DNA from: Parasitella parasitica NRRL 2501
Lineage: Eukaryota; Fungi; Mucoromycota
NCBI GenBank assembly: GCA_025201805.1
Contig: MU619273.1
Location: forward strand, 62,001 to 126,000
DNA: 64,000 bases
Direction of reading: 5' to 3'
Positions within the stretch are counted from its first letter, which is position 1, and each line of letters begins with the position of its first letter. A program made the translations under genes and the position numbers. Under the pieces are notes generated by a model. It did no database searches, had not been told where the DNA came from, and worked only from the letters and a program-made list of their open reading frames with translations. Below, piece by piece: positions 13,826 to 26,601 of this stretch.

Positions 13826-15355
13826 ATCACGAAAGCATAAGCAGTTGTACAAAATTAGTTAGATTTTCACCAATTATATCACATCTTTTTCTTCTTTAAA
13901 CAGAATCGACAAATAAAAATTGTATCATAAAAGACCGAGTACAAAACTCCAAAATTGATTAATGCGTTCCAATCCCTATTGGTTTATGTCTTGCAGCAAG
14001 AGTGCATAACACAATGCTATTTTTAGCTCGCAAATGACGTTGGATACATGGATTAGTAAACACATCCTTTTTTCTACCTTGTTGCAATGTAAGTTTTCTC
14101 GAAATAATGGCTGGTACATTTTCGTAATGCTATCATGCACTTGAGGATATTCTATATATTTTTGCAACTGGATGTTGAACGGTTGTGACTAAATCGTGTC
14201 CTGAAATCGCAGATCAGAAAATTGAAATATGGATTGCACAATTACACGACAAGACACAAGTGGTTATAGAAAAAAAAACTGTGCAATAATACGAGTAGAT
14301 GAAAAGATATGAATAAGAAGAGGGAAAGAAAAAAAGCGAAAGAAAAGAGAAAGAGAAAAATAGAAAGAATGGAAAAAGTTGGCCTTTTTATATTTGAACA
14401 TCATAAAAAACCAACTCAGCTATTGAACAATGGCAAATCAACAAAAACACAAAACAACAATAGGTTTCAGTAGAAAGGGATCAAGGGTACGAGGCACGTG
14501 TGGAAACAATAGTGATGCTACATTTCGAGTAAATCCGTCAAGTATGTGAAAAAGTAATACAACACCTTGTGCTTATTTGGACTATGACGATGATGAGGTA
14601 AATAATAAATGCGTTCCTGAAAAATGCAAATCAAAATTTCCAAGACTTTTTGCCAAATAACGTGGGGAATAAAAATAATCCTTCAACGTAAAATACGTCA
14701 AGTTAAAAATAAGAAAATGGGTCAAAAACTTATTTAAAGAATTTTATTAATAGAAATGTTAGAGTCAAGCCAAAGGTGTATAGCTGATGTGGATTAATCA
14801 ATATGGAATCAAATTGAATTCAATAGAAAAAATACGAAAAGAAACGACGCACGGTCGTTGTGTATACTAATTACAAAAGAGAGGAAAAAAAAATTCGCCC
14901 GAACCTACCGAGTTACATATTTGGCATCACACCATCTTGGCATCACACAGAAGCACTTTTTGTGTTCTACACACAATAGAAAAAAATTTCGCGTTTTTTA
15001 GTAAACATTGTAAGAATTATTTTGGGATTTAGCCCCCTTCATTATACGATTTATTTTTTTATTAAAAGTTTAATATTAAAGAAATGACTAAATAAGGACA
15101 TGAATATATTTGTAGGGTCATTCCATACTTGGTCGAGATGACGGGGTAGAATAAAAAAACAGTGTATTTCTTGTGTTCAACATATCAAATCAAGGAGCCC
15201 AATCATATCAAAAATCTAATTTGGGAACATGCAGTCGTACATCTCCTAGGTTGCCCTTTTTTAAACAAATATAAATACAAGGACCTTTTCCCCAGTTTTC
15301 CTTTTTTTTTTCTACATCACATCATATTAAATCAAATCAGATTCAACCATAAAAA

Positions 15356-16156
15356 ATGACTTCTACAGCAATTAAAAATAATAATAAGCCTTTGAAGTGG
15401 GCCACCCAGCGTATTAATGCCAACAAGTCCACATACCGTGTTAATAAGCGCACGCCATTAAATAGCTCCACACGCACTGCTGCTGCTGCAGTAATGACAG
15501 CTGAAACTGAAAAAAATCCACATCAAGAAATTAAACGTTTGGAAAAGGAATTAGCTTTTACCTATGACAATATTGCGACAATCACAGTCCATTTCGAAAG
15601 TCTTCACCATGCTTATACCAGCAGCAAGCCAGAGCTGGATAAATCAAAATCTGCTACTCGCCTTGGTGAAATGGAAAAGGAGCTCTTGACCGCTTACGAT
15701 GATTTGGGACTCCAAGTTACTCATTTGGAACGCAAAATTGGTAAACTCGAAAAGAGAATTGCTCAATTGAAGCAGATTGCAGAAGCAACCAAGAAACCTA
15801 TAGTTGCCGCATCTACTGGACCAGTTTCCGTGCCTCCTCAAGTATCAGTTTCAGTAGCAGCACCAGCACCAGCACCAGTATCAGTATTGATTCCAGGACA
15901 ACAGTATGCATCTCCTTTGATCTACGATGAAATAAACTTGATTTCATCCCCTTGCTCATCAACAGACTCGTCGATCGCTGATTGTCAACTGGAAGCATCG
16001 GGATTTTATTGTGATGATTGGACCTTATCGCAGATAATCGAAGATCAAACCATGTTATTTGACAATTCTTTCCAATTCATGCCCTTGAACAACAGCTGTA
16101 TGGATTATTTCAACTGCGAAGATTTATTGTCATATCCCTCATTCATTATGCAATAA
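15356..16156 (+). CDS. Hypothetical intronless coiled-coil protein ('AYDDL' family, long form)
   Basis: 266 aa ORF with basic N-terminus, heptad region EKELLTAYDDLGLQVTHLERKIGKLEKRI and acidic/aromatic C-terminus; similar to 27927-28223. Confidence 0.75.
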   Translation: MTSTAIKNNNKPLKWATQRINANKSTYRVNKRTPLNSSTRTAAAAVMTAETEKNPHQEIKRLEKELAFTYDNIATITVHFESLHHAYTSSKPELDKSKSATRLGEMEKELLTAYDDLGLQVTHLERKIGKLEKRIAQLKQIAEATKKPIVAASTGPVSVPPQVSVSVAAPAPAPVSVLIPGQQYASPLIYDEINLISSPCSSTDSSIADCQLEASGFYCDDWTLSQIIEDQTMLFDNSFQFMPLNNSCMDYFNCEDLLSYPSFIMQ

Positions 16157-18799
16157 TTCTGTATATGCGACATTATCCTCTCTCCCGTGTTCACTCATTT
16201 GTAGTTATCAGCCTTATGACCCGTTTTACCTATGCAGCAACTATCAGAATACCAATGACCATATATAATGTATATGATTCCTTTAGTAATACCCTCTATT
16301 GTTAATTCTATGCCTACTCTTCCTTTCTTATGCCATACAAATATCAATATCTGTGTTAGACACACATTATATCTCACTGACTCATTTTCTCAGTATATAA
16401 ATCTACTTTTATATATAATACCTGTAAATAAAACTTTTCTAGTTATCAAAAAAAACTGTTTTGTCCTACTCTTTTTTTCCCTCAATGTAACATGGTACAA
16501 AATAACCTTTAAACTGTTATACAATATGAAACAACGGAACTTCCGGAATATGGCCAAATGTTGCGTTTAAGAAGTAATTTTAGGAAGACATAATCAAGCA
16601 GAACATGGTCAATCTCAACATGTCTTTGCTCGGTATTGCGATTTTCACGGTTTGTGATTTTAATGCGAGAATACACTGCGTTCAAATGGGAATTATCGAA
16701 TGAGAGTTTTCCCGTAATCTACATACATGTACATACAGCCACAACGTTTTATATATACGCCATATGGTGGTTGGTGGCATGTCGTTCGGCGCCACCATGA
16801 GTACTGTACCTAAAAATGATATCATGAAAACTAAACATTTTGCCGATAAAAACCCCATTCCTTCAGTTGTCAGCCTACCTGCTGCAGCTGCTGCATGTGG
16901 ATGTGCATGTATAAAATTAAATCATGACGTTTGTTTATCATTGTACAACATGGCACAGAAGCATTATTATACTTATTATTTTCAAACAGACATTTGGAAC
17001 CAATAAACTACTGACGGATAGTACCGTTTTTAGCTGATTTGACGCTTTGCAATTTGTTGCACAAAATTCACAATTCCAAGATCTCTCGGCAAAATGGCTT
17101 GCATAAATATTATCAATAATATGCATTTATAGAAAGACCGAGAGATTTCTTTTTTGTTAAAATCGACTGCTATTTTCCGTTTATTAGTATGCGCCACTGT
17201 ATGCAAACATCAACGATCAGACAAAAGCCTTTTAAATGTCGCACAGTGTGCAATATCATACTTTAAATTGCATTTTAGTTTCTTGATTTTATATATCAGT
17301 TATATTGGTTTAAAACGTCATACTCTTGTTTCTAAATGTATATATCTAAGATTTTTTTAGGCTACAGTGAATATAGTGCAAGGAGGCTTTCAGCCTAAAA
17401 ATCACGGCTATTGCTCGGTATACAAATAAATGACATCGTGAGATGCAAAAAAAATATTAGATCGGTACAAAACGGGTTAGTCTCAAATGCAGTGTGCAAT
17501 CGTAGCACGACTATTATTTTGTTGATTCAGGAACATCTAAATTAGTTAACAATCCGTCATTTCCGATAATACGTATATTTGTGTACGCGAATGTGTGACA
17601 CAAGACAACAAAAGACTAAAAATAAAACTAAAAGCGTGCTGTATCTCATACAAAATGCAAACATTATGCAAGCACATCTTAAATTTGGACAAATCAAATC
17701 AAATCCGTTTTTTTTTGGATGGTGCCCGCCAAGATTCTTGGCTTCGAAACTTTTTGATTTCTCGGATTTATGTAGAGTATAAATAAAATACATACAGTAT
17801 AGTAGATCGCATCCGAAAATTTCCATACCACCTAGTTTAGATCAAATATATATACTAGCCCTGGTATAATATATGAAACCTTTGCTCCCGGCTAAAACAC
17901 GCAGTGCATGGCATTGCTTTATTTTTTAAGAGTATATCATGGCATGGGTATATATGCAATATATAGACATATTAGGTACGAATCCTAGCATTTCAACCTT
18001 GAATCGTTTTTCAAATAATTAATAGACATGTTCCTCATATGAGTCATTATGGAAACTTAAGGCTCACTTTCCTGATTAGAAATAAACTTGCACACACATA
18101 AACACATACAAAAAAAAAAATCCCATTTTTGCTGTTAATATACGTACAATTATGTGTTATGTGATTAATGCATTCTTTACTAATTCAGGTATTTCCGTCA
18201 AAAGTTTATTATTAGGTCATGTTGTGGCCTTTATACCACATGATCCCACCAAGGTGCTACTCACAGGCCAACTTGAGTTGCCTTTTGTGAACCCATGTCT
18301 CTCCTGTATAGATATGGATAGCCACAATAGTACTGTCTGTCAGCACGTTGTTATCACAAGACAAGATAATTATCGTAAAGCATTGCAAATTACCTTGAAC
18401 CTAGAACATACTAGGTCTTTACACTGCGTCTGTTGCCAGCTATTTGACACTTGTGCCCCTAAAAAGATATACATCTAATTAATTATAGCAATGGTAATAT
18501 GAAACTGTAAATTTTCAAGGCATGTTTACCTCTGATATGTCAACACACCTAGTATTAGTATACTTTCATTAGCCATTCTCATTGAAAACAGGGCCATCAC
18601 TGAGTTCAAAATAGACACTATTTCCAGGTCGCCAAAACCACCTCAAAATGCATTCTTTGAAGAAAAAGACACCCACCTTTCTTCCCGCTATTCCTCACTT
18701 TGTGTAGGTCTAATGGTGATTTGAATTTTTCAAAACGACCTCGTCAATCGTAGAAATGGTCAACGACTCTCCTTTACCTCTGCTCTTATACCCTGACGC

Positions 18800-19599
18800 N
18801 NNNNNNNNNNNNNNNNNNNNNNNNNNNNNNNNNNNNNNNNNNNNNNNNNNNNNNNNNNNNNNNNNNNNNNNNNNNNNNNNNNNNNNNNNNNNNNNNNNNN
18901 NNNNNNNNNNNNNNNNNNNNNNNNNNNNNNNNNNNNNNNNNNNNNNNNNNNNNNNNNNNNNNNNNNNNNNNNNNNNNNNNNNNNNNNNNNNNNNNNNNNN
19001 NNNNNNNNNNNNNNNNNNNNNNNNNNNNNNNNNNNNNNNNNNNNNNNNNNNNNNNNNNNNNNNNNNNNNNNNNNNNNNNNNNNNNNNNNNNNNNNNNNNN
19101 NNNNNNNNNNNNNNNNNNNNNNNNNNNNNNNNNNNNNNNNNNNNNNNNNNNNNNNNNNNNNNNNNNNNNNNNNNNNNNNNNNNNNNNNNNNNNNNNNNNN
19201 NNNNNNNNNNNNNNNNNNNNNNNNNNNNNNNNNNNNNNNNNNNNNNNNNNNNNNNNNNNNNNNNNNNNNNNNNNNNNNNNNNNNNNNNNNNNNNNNNNNN
19301 NNNNNNNNNNNNNNNNNNNNNNNNNNNNNNNNNNNNNNNNNNNNNNNNNNNNNNNNNNNNNNNNNNNNNNNNNNNNNNNNNNNNNNNNNNNNNNNNNNNN
19401 NNNNNNNNNNNNNNNNNNNNNNNNNNNNNNNNNNNNNNNNNNNNNNNNNNNNNNNNNNNNNNNNNNNNNNNNNNNNNNNNNNNNNNNNNNNNNNNNNNNN
19501 NNNNNNNNNNNNNNNNNNNNNNNNNNNNNNNNNNNNNNNNNNNNNNNNNNNNNNNNNNNNNNNNNNNNNNNNNNNNNNNNNNNNNNNNNNNNNNNNNNN
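18800..19599. other. Assembly gap (N run)
   Basis: 800 Ns; ORFs spanning it are artefacts. Confidence 1.
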
Positions 19600-20752
19600 A
19601 TTAGCTTTATTAGATAGTAATCAGACATACAAATCCACAATTTTCCCTTGCTACCACAAGGTGAAAATTATATCCTAAATTTTTTTTGAGAACATGGTAT
19701 GGACTACATCTATGGATCAAGAGAAATAGTTTGGTATGCTTCAGAGTACTTGAAATACCCAGAAACTAGAATAGTGCACCAATCAAAGTGTGATTTTTGG
19801 TGCAACAATAACATTCACGGCATAGGTTACATTATAAAACATGGAATAAACACTAGTTCACAGATGGACATATAATCTCGTAGTAAAACCTTCTTCTCAA
19901 GGCACATTTGTCGATCAAATATGGGACAAGTATAGTATTCAAGGAGGTTTAATATGCTTATATTATATTTCATCATATCTGTCAAGCAATCTTAGGGTCA
20001 ACAAAGCTTAAATATATTTTTAACCATGCATCCCATATATGTAGTTGGAGTAAAATATACATTATTATGTTCATGCAGTCTAAATTTAAGTGATAGAACC
20101 CCTTTTTTATAAATTATTTGCTCTATAAGGATATTCGACTATTTTAGACACAAGTATAATACTCCTGGTAAATCTCATCACATAAATCTGTCCCTTTTTT
20201 TCCAATTTATTTTTGGACAGTTTTGTAGGGGATTACAGTAACACAATGTAGATCAGTTATTGTTATTATTAGATGCATATATGCCGTCATGTTGTCAAAA
20301 CTTGACAGATGAAAGCATCTGAAAAAGATAGTATGTGATCTTTACATAAACCTAACTTTTTGGATTTACTTTTTACTAAAGTCTTGATATTTCGTGTATA
20401 ATGTACATTTTATAGGCCTATACACTTACAAAGTGCATTTATACCGATCCTCACCATCAGTTATCCAACACTTTAAATATGAAAATCACTAGAATCTTTA
20501 ATCGTAAATTATAATTAAGAAATGTATTCGAAGCTACTTTGTGAGCGTTTCATGTAGTGTAGGGTGATTTGACCTTTGTATGTACAGCATATTTATAACT
20601 TGTTGTTTCGATAAAAGGATACAAAGTATCTTTTTCTTGTTTTTGTTTTTGCTATTATTTTACTCTTTTTCTTTTTTTTTTCCTTTCCTTTTCTTTTTGT
20701 CTTTATGTTGTTGCAATGATTGTTGGGAAGGAGGTGTCTTTTTTTTTGCGCA

Positions 20753-22411
20753 TCAGACTCGTCTTCTTCCTACACCTGTAGGTAGCTTTCCACCCCGTTT
20801 AGCTACAGCAACACCGTCGTTATTTCGTTCCTCTCTTCTTCTTTTTACAGGTTGGCGATATATTTGTGGAGCAGTAACTTGGGGAGTTTTGTTATTGTAG
20901 CTGTTGTGAGTGGGCATGGGCACAGTGTCCTCCTCCTTCAATTCATCAAAGTCGTCATCATCTGGGATTGTGTGGATGCTCTGTTGGGCTGATACCAGAT
21001 TTTCCGTTTCCAACCTCTCATTGACCCAGGTCATAGCTTCTAAAAATGCTTCTTTGCCCAAGTAAGCTTTACCTTCTCTGGTTTCGATTAGATACTCTCT
21101 TAGTGCTACAAAGTCTTGAGAAAAATGTCTAATGCTTCTAGGTCTTTCCACGAGCGATATATAGGTGCCAAACATGATGAATTCGATAGCCTTGACTGAA
21201 TTTTTCGGGGTGGCGGCACCGTTTTTAATCAGAACATTCTTCAACTCTTTGTCCATTGCAATGCCTTTAATCTGGTTCAAGACATATTCCACCTTATTGA
21301 CAAGAGCAGTTGATGGGGTTTCATTGCTGTGCACATAGGTTTGGAGGGCTTTGCCCGTAGCAAAGTTTTCTGTCCCGTTTCTAATAGTAAGCATAAGGTG
21401 TGCGATAAGTTGAAATAATGCTGCATGTCCTTTTCGCTGTAAGACTAAAGAAATCTCGTGGTTTTCGTCTGCTAATCGTCGACATTGCTCTGCGACCTGG
21501 GAATTAGTTGCTTTCAGTTTTTCTGCAGATGTGATGGCTACACCTAATTGAACACGAGAAAAAATCTCAAACTAGAAATCGGTCAATAACGTGTTTATTC
21601 ACCTTGCTCTAGTAAAACCTGGACATTTACCTCATCGTCTTCTGTGATATCTAAATATTCAACTTTTTGAAATTGTCAATCATGGCATACGAGAGCGAAC
21701 GACTGCAAACAAAGCTTACCACAAACAAATTCAAATTTATTGAATATGTCAAATTCTTCATTGCTGATGAAGTTATTGGGCTCTCTTTGAGCTTCTATCA
21801 AAAAAAAAAAGAAAAAAAAAAGTCAATACTCTAGTGCCATATCTACAAACAAGTCTTTACTTCTTAAGGCAGCTTCCGTCTCGTCATCCGCATCTTGATC
21901 TAGACGTTCGATATAGTATTTTTCAACAGCTTTTCCCGAAGAGGTATCCACATAAGGAAGAAGGTTTTTCAGGAATCTACTTGGTCAAGTCTAATATTAG
22001 GATCAATCCCTTCAGCTTTCTTTGGGCAAGATACTCTACCGTCTTGCTGAGGTCAATCTCTGTTTGCCATCAATGACGATTCGGACAAGTTGCCCCCTGA
22101 TTCGCCGTACAGCAAACAGTAGCGGTGGTATATAGTAATTGTTGATGATTGAATCTATCAGTTCACTCATTTTATTCGATTCCCAAATAATTTCTCTTTG
22201 ATACGGCGCATCCTAGTGTATCTTGTTAGTGTCTATAAACGGCAAAACAGCTGCACTACCGTACCAGTTGTATTTCCCCTCTCGAAATCATATCTAGCCC
22301 CAAATAAAAAACCTTTAGAACCTTGTCAACCCAAGATAATTGATATGTACCTTTTATCCGATGCACAGAGAGCATTCTGGTTCTAGGAGTTGGCAATCGT
22401 TTTACTGTCAT
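20753..22411 (-). CDS. DUF262 (GmrSD N-terminal / ParB-Srx-like) domain protein, 7 exons
   Basis: Spliced translation: MTVKRLPTPRTRMLSVHRIKDMISRGEIQLDAPYQREIIWESNKMSELIDSIINNYYIPPLLFAV...RIVIDGKQRLTSARRF...FEIFSRVQLGVAITSAEK. These match the QR, DGQQR-like and FxxxN-like DUF262 motifs, with no internal stops. Confidence 0.88.
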
Positions 22412-22576
22412 TTTCAATAATCTTTTTTCAAGAGTATTGGTTGTTCAAACAAAGTAGCTGCTCATCTTGGATTGCTTTAAAAGCGCGTTTCTTCGAAACA
22501 CAGTAAAAAACAGTCATTGAAAAGCACACATTCCACTTTACTGCTGCGAAACTCTCTTTTTGTTTGCAACATCAAC
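22412..22576. promoter_or_regulatory. Short bidirectional promoter between DUF262 and ZGRF1-like genes
   Basis: 165 bp between the two divergent ATGs; contains AAGCGCGTTT (ACGCG core, MCB-like) near 22481-22490. Confidence 0.5.
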
Positions 22577-24089
22577 ATGGCAGAAAATACAATTAGTAAT
22601 TTTATAGTACTATTCACTGCTCAAAAAACAAAGAAATTCAAAGTTTGGCAAGATGGTATGGACATTAATCTATCCACAATAGAACAACAAAGATTCACTT
22701 ACTAATTCATGTACTCAATCTTTCAGGGACAATGAAGTATTACAGCTTTAATAAAAGGGTAGATCTTGTAGTGACTCATGAATATAGCCTACCGTTATAT
22801 TGACCAACTACATATTAGCTGACACTTATCGACGAAAAAGGCTACAATATAGACAGGTACTTTATACTGCCATGACATGGCTTGCTTTTGCTTGCTAACA
22901 TTTACTAGAAAATTTCACAAAGGGGGCATTCCAATGGTGGGCGATGAGATAGATTTTGATAACCATATTGTAACGATTGAGTCTTTTGGAACAACAGAAA
23001 TTGCGTGTAATGCACATCAACGGATAATACCAAACCACAGGAAACCTACACTAAACGCAGCACCACAAAATCCTGATAATCCATCGCCGCAATCTACCTA
23101 CTCATCAGCCTCAACATCCCTCTTCACACCTACATCTTCATCCACTGCAATCCCTTCTAGATATAATCAGCAACCAATGCGTACATTGCAATTCAAACCG
23201 CCTTCTGTGATTCCACGAAAAAGATTGATTAAAGTAGATCCAGAGGAAATGGAGGAGGAAAATGCTGTGGAGGCTTTTGAACCTAGAGCACCCCAAGCGG
23301 TACAACAACCGACAGATCACCCAATGTCATTCGAATCGAGCATTGAAACATCAGGGTCTCGGGAATCAGCTCAAAATCAGTCATTACGCCCAAATTCTAC
23401 CTCGAATACAAACCAGCAGCATCAGCAGCCTAGCATATCCAGTATACCCCCCGCCACAGTAGCACCACCGCAGGAGCAACCGAATCTCTCAGAATCATCA
23501 ACACCTGCTTCATCGCCGGCTAAAAAGAGAGTCCGAGTAGGATTATCCAAGAAAACAACGTCGGTACTACATCAAGTAAACACAGCGAGCAGTACTGGCG
23601 TATCACCGTACAGGCCTCCAACTGTTGCAAGTAGATCAGCAGCAACGCCAACAACAACGCCATCAGTAACTCTAGCTCCTTGTTCTCCTTCATTTACAAA
23701 GGCTTCTAATATTGGAAATAATTTTATAGAAGCAGCAGATACTGCCAACTTGCCACCATCAACATTATCTTGTGAGCAAAACGAGAGCAGTAGTAGCAGC
23801 TGCAATGGAGAATCTAACGCTTCGAAACCTTTCAAAAGCCCTTTCGCAGAGGGAAAGTACGTACTGTTGTAGTATCTTCAAACACTCGTACTAACATTCT
23901 ATAAAGCTATACATCCTTGGTACTTCAGTTTCCAAATAGCAAAAAGGCACTATCAATCATTAAATCCAAAAACTACCCAAAGCGTTCAAAAGTTGTACCT
24001 GTCAAGTTCAGTAGCACCATATTGTACAAGGAGACATTTAGGAAAGTTATTCAGGAACATTTAGATGTGAGTATTTTACAGTATTCATT

Positions 24090-24132
<43 letters not shown>

Positions 24133-26600
24133 AGGTGGTTTACTCTGGTAATAATGTGATTCTATACATTCACAGGTCTTGCTACTTAATTTTGGCATGT
24201 TTTTTTACGCAATGTACGAAAAATTTGGCAAAAGCAAACAAGGGCCAGATTTGGAACGTGCGCTTCGATCAAAAGGTATTGGACTTTATGTCGACTGTCA
24301 GCTCAAGGGAGATTTGCGGTACAGCGAAAAAAGATTCCGACTGATGATTAAAGGTGGCAGTCGAGAGCATTACTCTAAATACAACAAGGACGATTTGTGG
24401 GCTATTTCCAAAGTATCTACGTTTGAATCTAGCCAAACTTTCCTTGCTAGAAGCACATACTTTGGCCCCTTCTCCGATGGCGCTTTAGAGATCGATTGCA
24501 TGTCCCCCAGAGACGTTCGAGTTGCAGCCAAGGTCTTCAAGGAAAGCCATGCTGTTTATGCTATTCGTACTATCTCAGCAAGCCAGGAATGCATGATGTT
24601 GGATACGCTAGATAACAAGTTGGAACAACTGCCTTTACTTCCCCATCTTTTATCAAATAACGATAATAAAAAAACAAAGAAAACAGCGTCGCTGTTGCCG
24701 GAATTGGATTGTATTCGACTAACTCGTCAAGACAATATCGATGTAGACGCAAAATTAGCAGATTATATCCGCACATACGGATTAAATCAAGATCAGGAAA
24801 GGTACGCTGTGGAGTATTGAAGGCGGTAGAATTGCCACAGGATTACTTATTGGCTTCTTCTTAGCGTATTGCGCCAAGTAGCAAGATCTGTGATTGTTAG
24901 CCCAGGATGGAACGAAGCTGCTCAAACCCCCTTCGTCTTGGTACATGGTGTTTATGGGTCAGGCAAAAGTTTTCTTGCAGCAGTTATTATCATATTTATT
25001 CAAGATATTGTCGACACAGCTTCATCAAGAAGGGAGCCTGAGGATGCTATTCAGTTCAAGATCTTGGTGTCTTCGATGACTGTAAGTTGGTTTGTCATTA
25101 ATCCCGACGATTGACACTGATATCCACACTAGAATGTCGCGGTTGATCGCATCTTGCAAACGCTGTTAAAGCTTGGCTATGATCAATTCATTCGTATTGG
25201 AAGCATGAAGAAGATTGCCAAAAACATACTGCCGTTTACATCTAAAGCAAGAATATCTGGCAATGAAGAGCTAAAGGAACTGGAGCAAATGTTAGGGGAT
25301 CCGCTCAATTCAGAGGAAGACTCAGATAATATCTCGACAGCAATTCAACGATTTCGTCAAACTGAAAGCACGAATCAGTTGCTAACAGTCAGTGTTGTAG
25401 GAACAACGTTCATGTCTTCCACATTCGATATATTTATAGGCATGAAGTTCCCGCTAGTGTTGGTTGACGAGGCTTCTCAGCTAATGGAGCCTCTGACTCT
25501 GGTGCCCTTGACAAGGTTTTCTTGCAATCGACTGATATTAATTGGAGATCCCTTACAATTACCACCCACACTCGCTACAAATGCACAAGACGGAAAAGCA
25601 GGGAAGGGGCTCGACAAGACATTATTCAACCGCATGGCTGAATTGGGATATGAGGTACGTGTTGCGTATGACATGCCAATGGATAAGCAGCTAAAGCGTA
25701 TTCAATTTATGCAGTCTGTCATGCTGAGAACACAGTATAGAGTAAGTGTGGTTTTACCGGACTTGAGCTTTGTTTAGGAATTTTGTCATGATCCTTATAC
25801 GTGCATTTAGTGTCACCCTCGAATTTCGGGAATCAGCAATGCGTTATTTTATGAAAGGAGGTTAATTAATGGCGTTACCGACCAAGACAGAAAGCCTTTG
25901 ATAGACGGTCTACCGACGCTATTGTTTGTGGATGTAGGAGGAACGGTATATATTGGGAATCTTTCGACACAAAGTATGCCTTTCATGTTGATGCTTTCTT
26001 GTAGGAGCAGAAATCAATGCGCAGTAATTCTTTTTGGAATGATACCGAGATATCCATTGCATCGTATGTACTACAAACCCTGATTTCATTTGACATTTCA
26101 AGCAAAGATCTTGGGGTTATTTCGTTATGTAGGTGGAAGTTTTGTATGTGTGAAAAGCTATTAATTGTGTGTTTTTGAACAGATAAAGAGCAGGCGGACA
26201 AACTTTCAGAATACCTCGGCGCGAACACAGCATCGGATGCAGCGGCAACACTGAAAAGTGTTCAAATATCTACCGTAGACGCCTTTCAAGGAGGAGAGAA
26301 AGATGTCATCATACTGTCGACAGTTCGTACCAGTGAGAGTCAGTTCATGGATAACCAGCCTCGTGTCAATGTTGCCTTGACCCGTGCCAAGCGTCATTTA
26401 ATCATCCTGGGAAATAGAAATGTGTTTAATATGAATGAACTATGGTCCAAAGTACTATGGGATTGCCAAGGTATTGTGTTGTATAGCTTTTTACTAGAGT
26501 TCTGTGCACAACATTCTGACTCGGAATCTTGACTATAGAACATTGCATGAATGAGAATGGGTTAAGATCTTTATTAGCAAACATCGATAATAAAAAATGA
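22577..26600 (+). CDS. ZGRF1: ZGRF1/Mte1-like protein: N-terminal DUF2439 plus C-terminal UPF1/DNA2-like SF1 helicase
   Basis: N-terminal FIVLFTAQKTKKFKVWQDG (DUF2439), SKYNKDDLWAIS, Walker A VHGVYGSGKS, LVDEASQ, IGDPLQLPPT, TVDAFQGGEKD and RVNVALTRAK. Confidence 0.88.
24092..24132 (+). repeat. (GA)n microsatellite plus G-run within a ZGRF1 intron
   Basis: gagagagag...ggggggggggg seen directly. Confidence 0.9.
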
Positions 26601-26601
26601 A

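Noticed and set aside
18756-19640. Long ORFs over the N gap (also 51980-52981)
   Set aside because: Artefacts of N runs.
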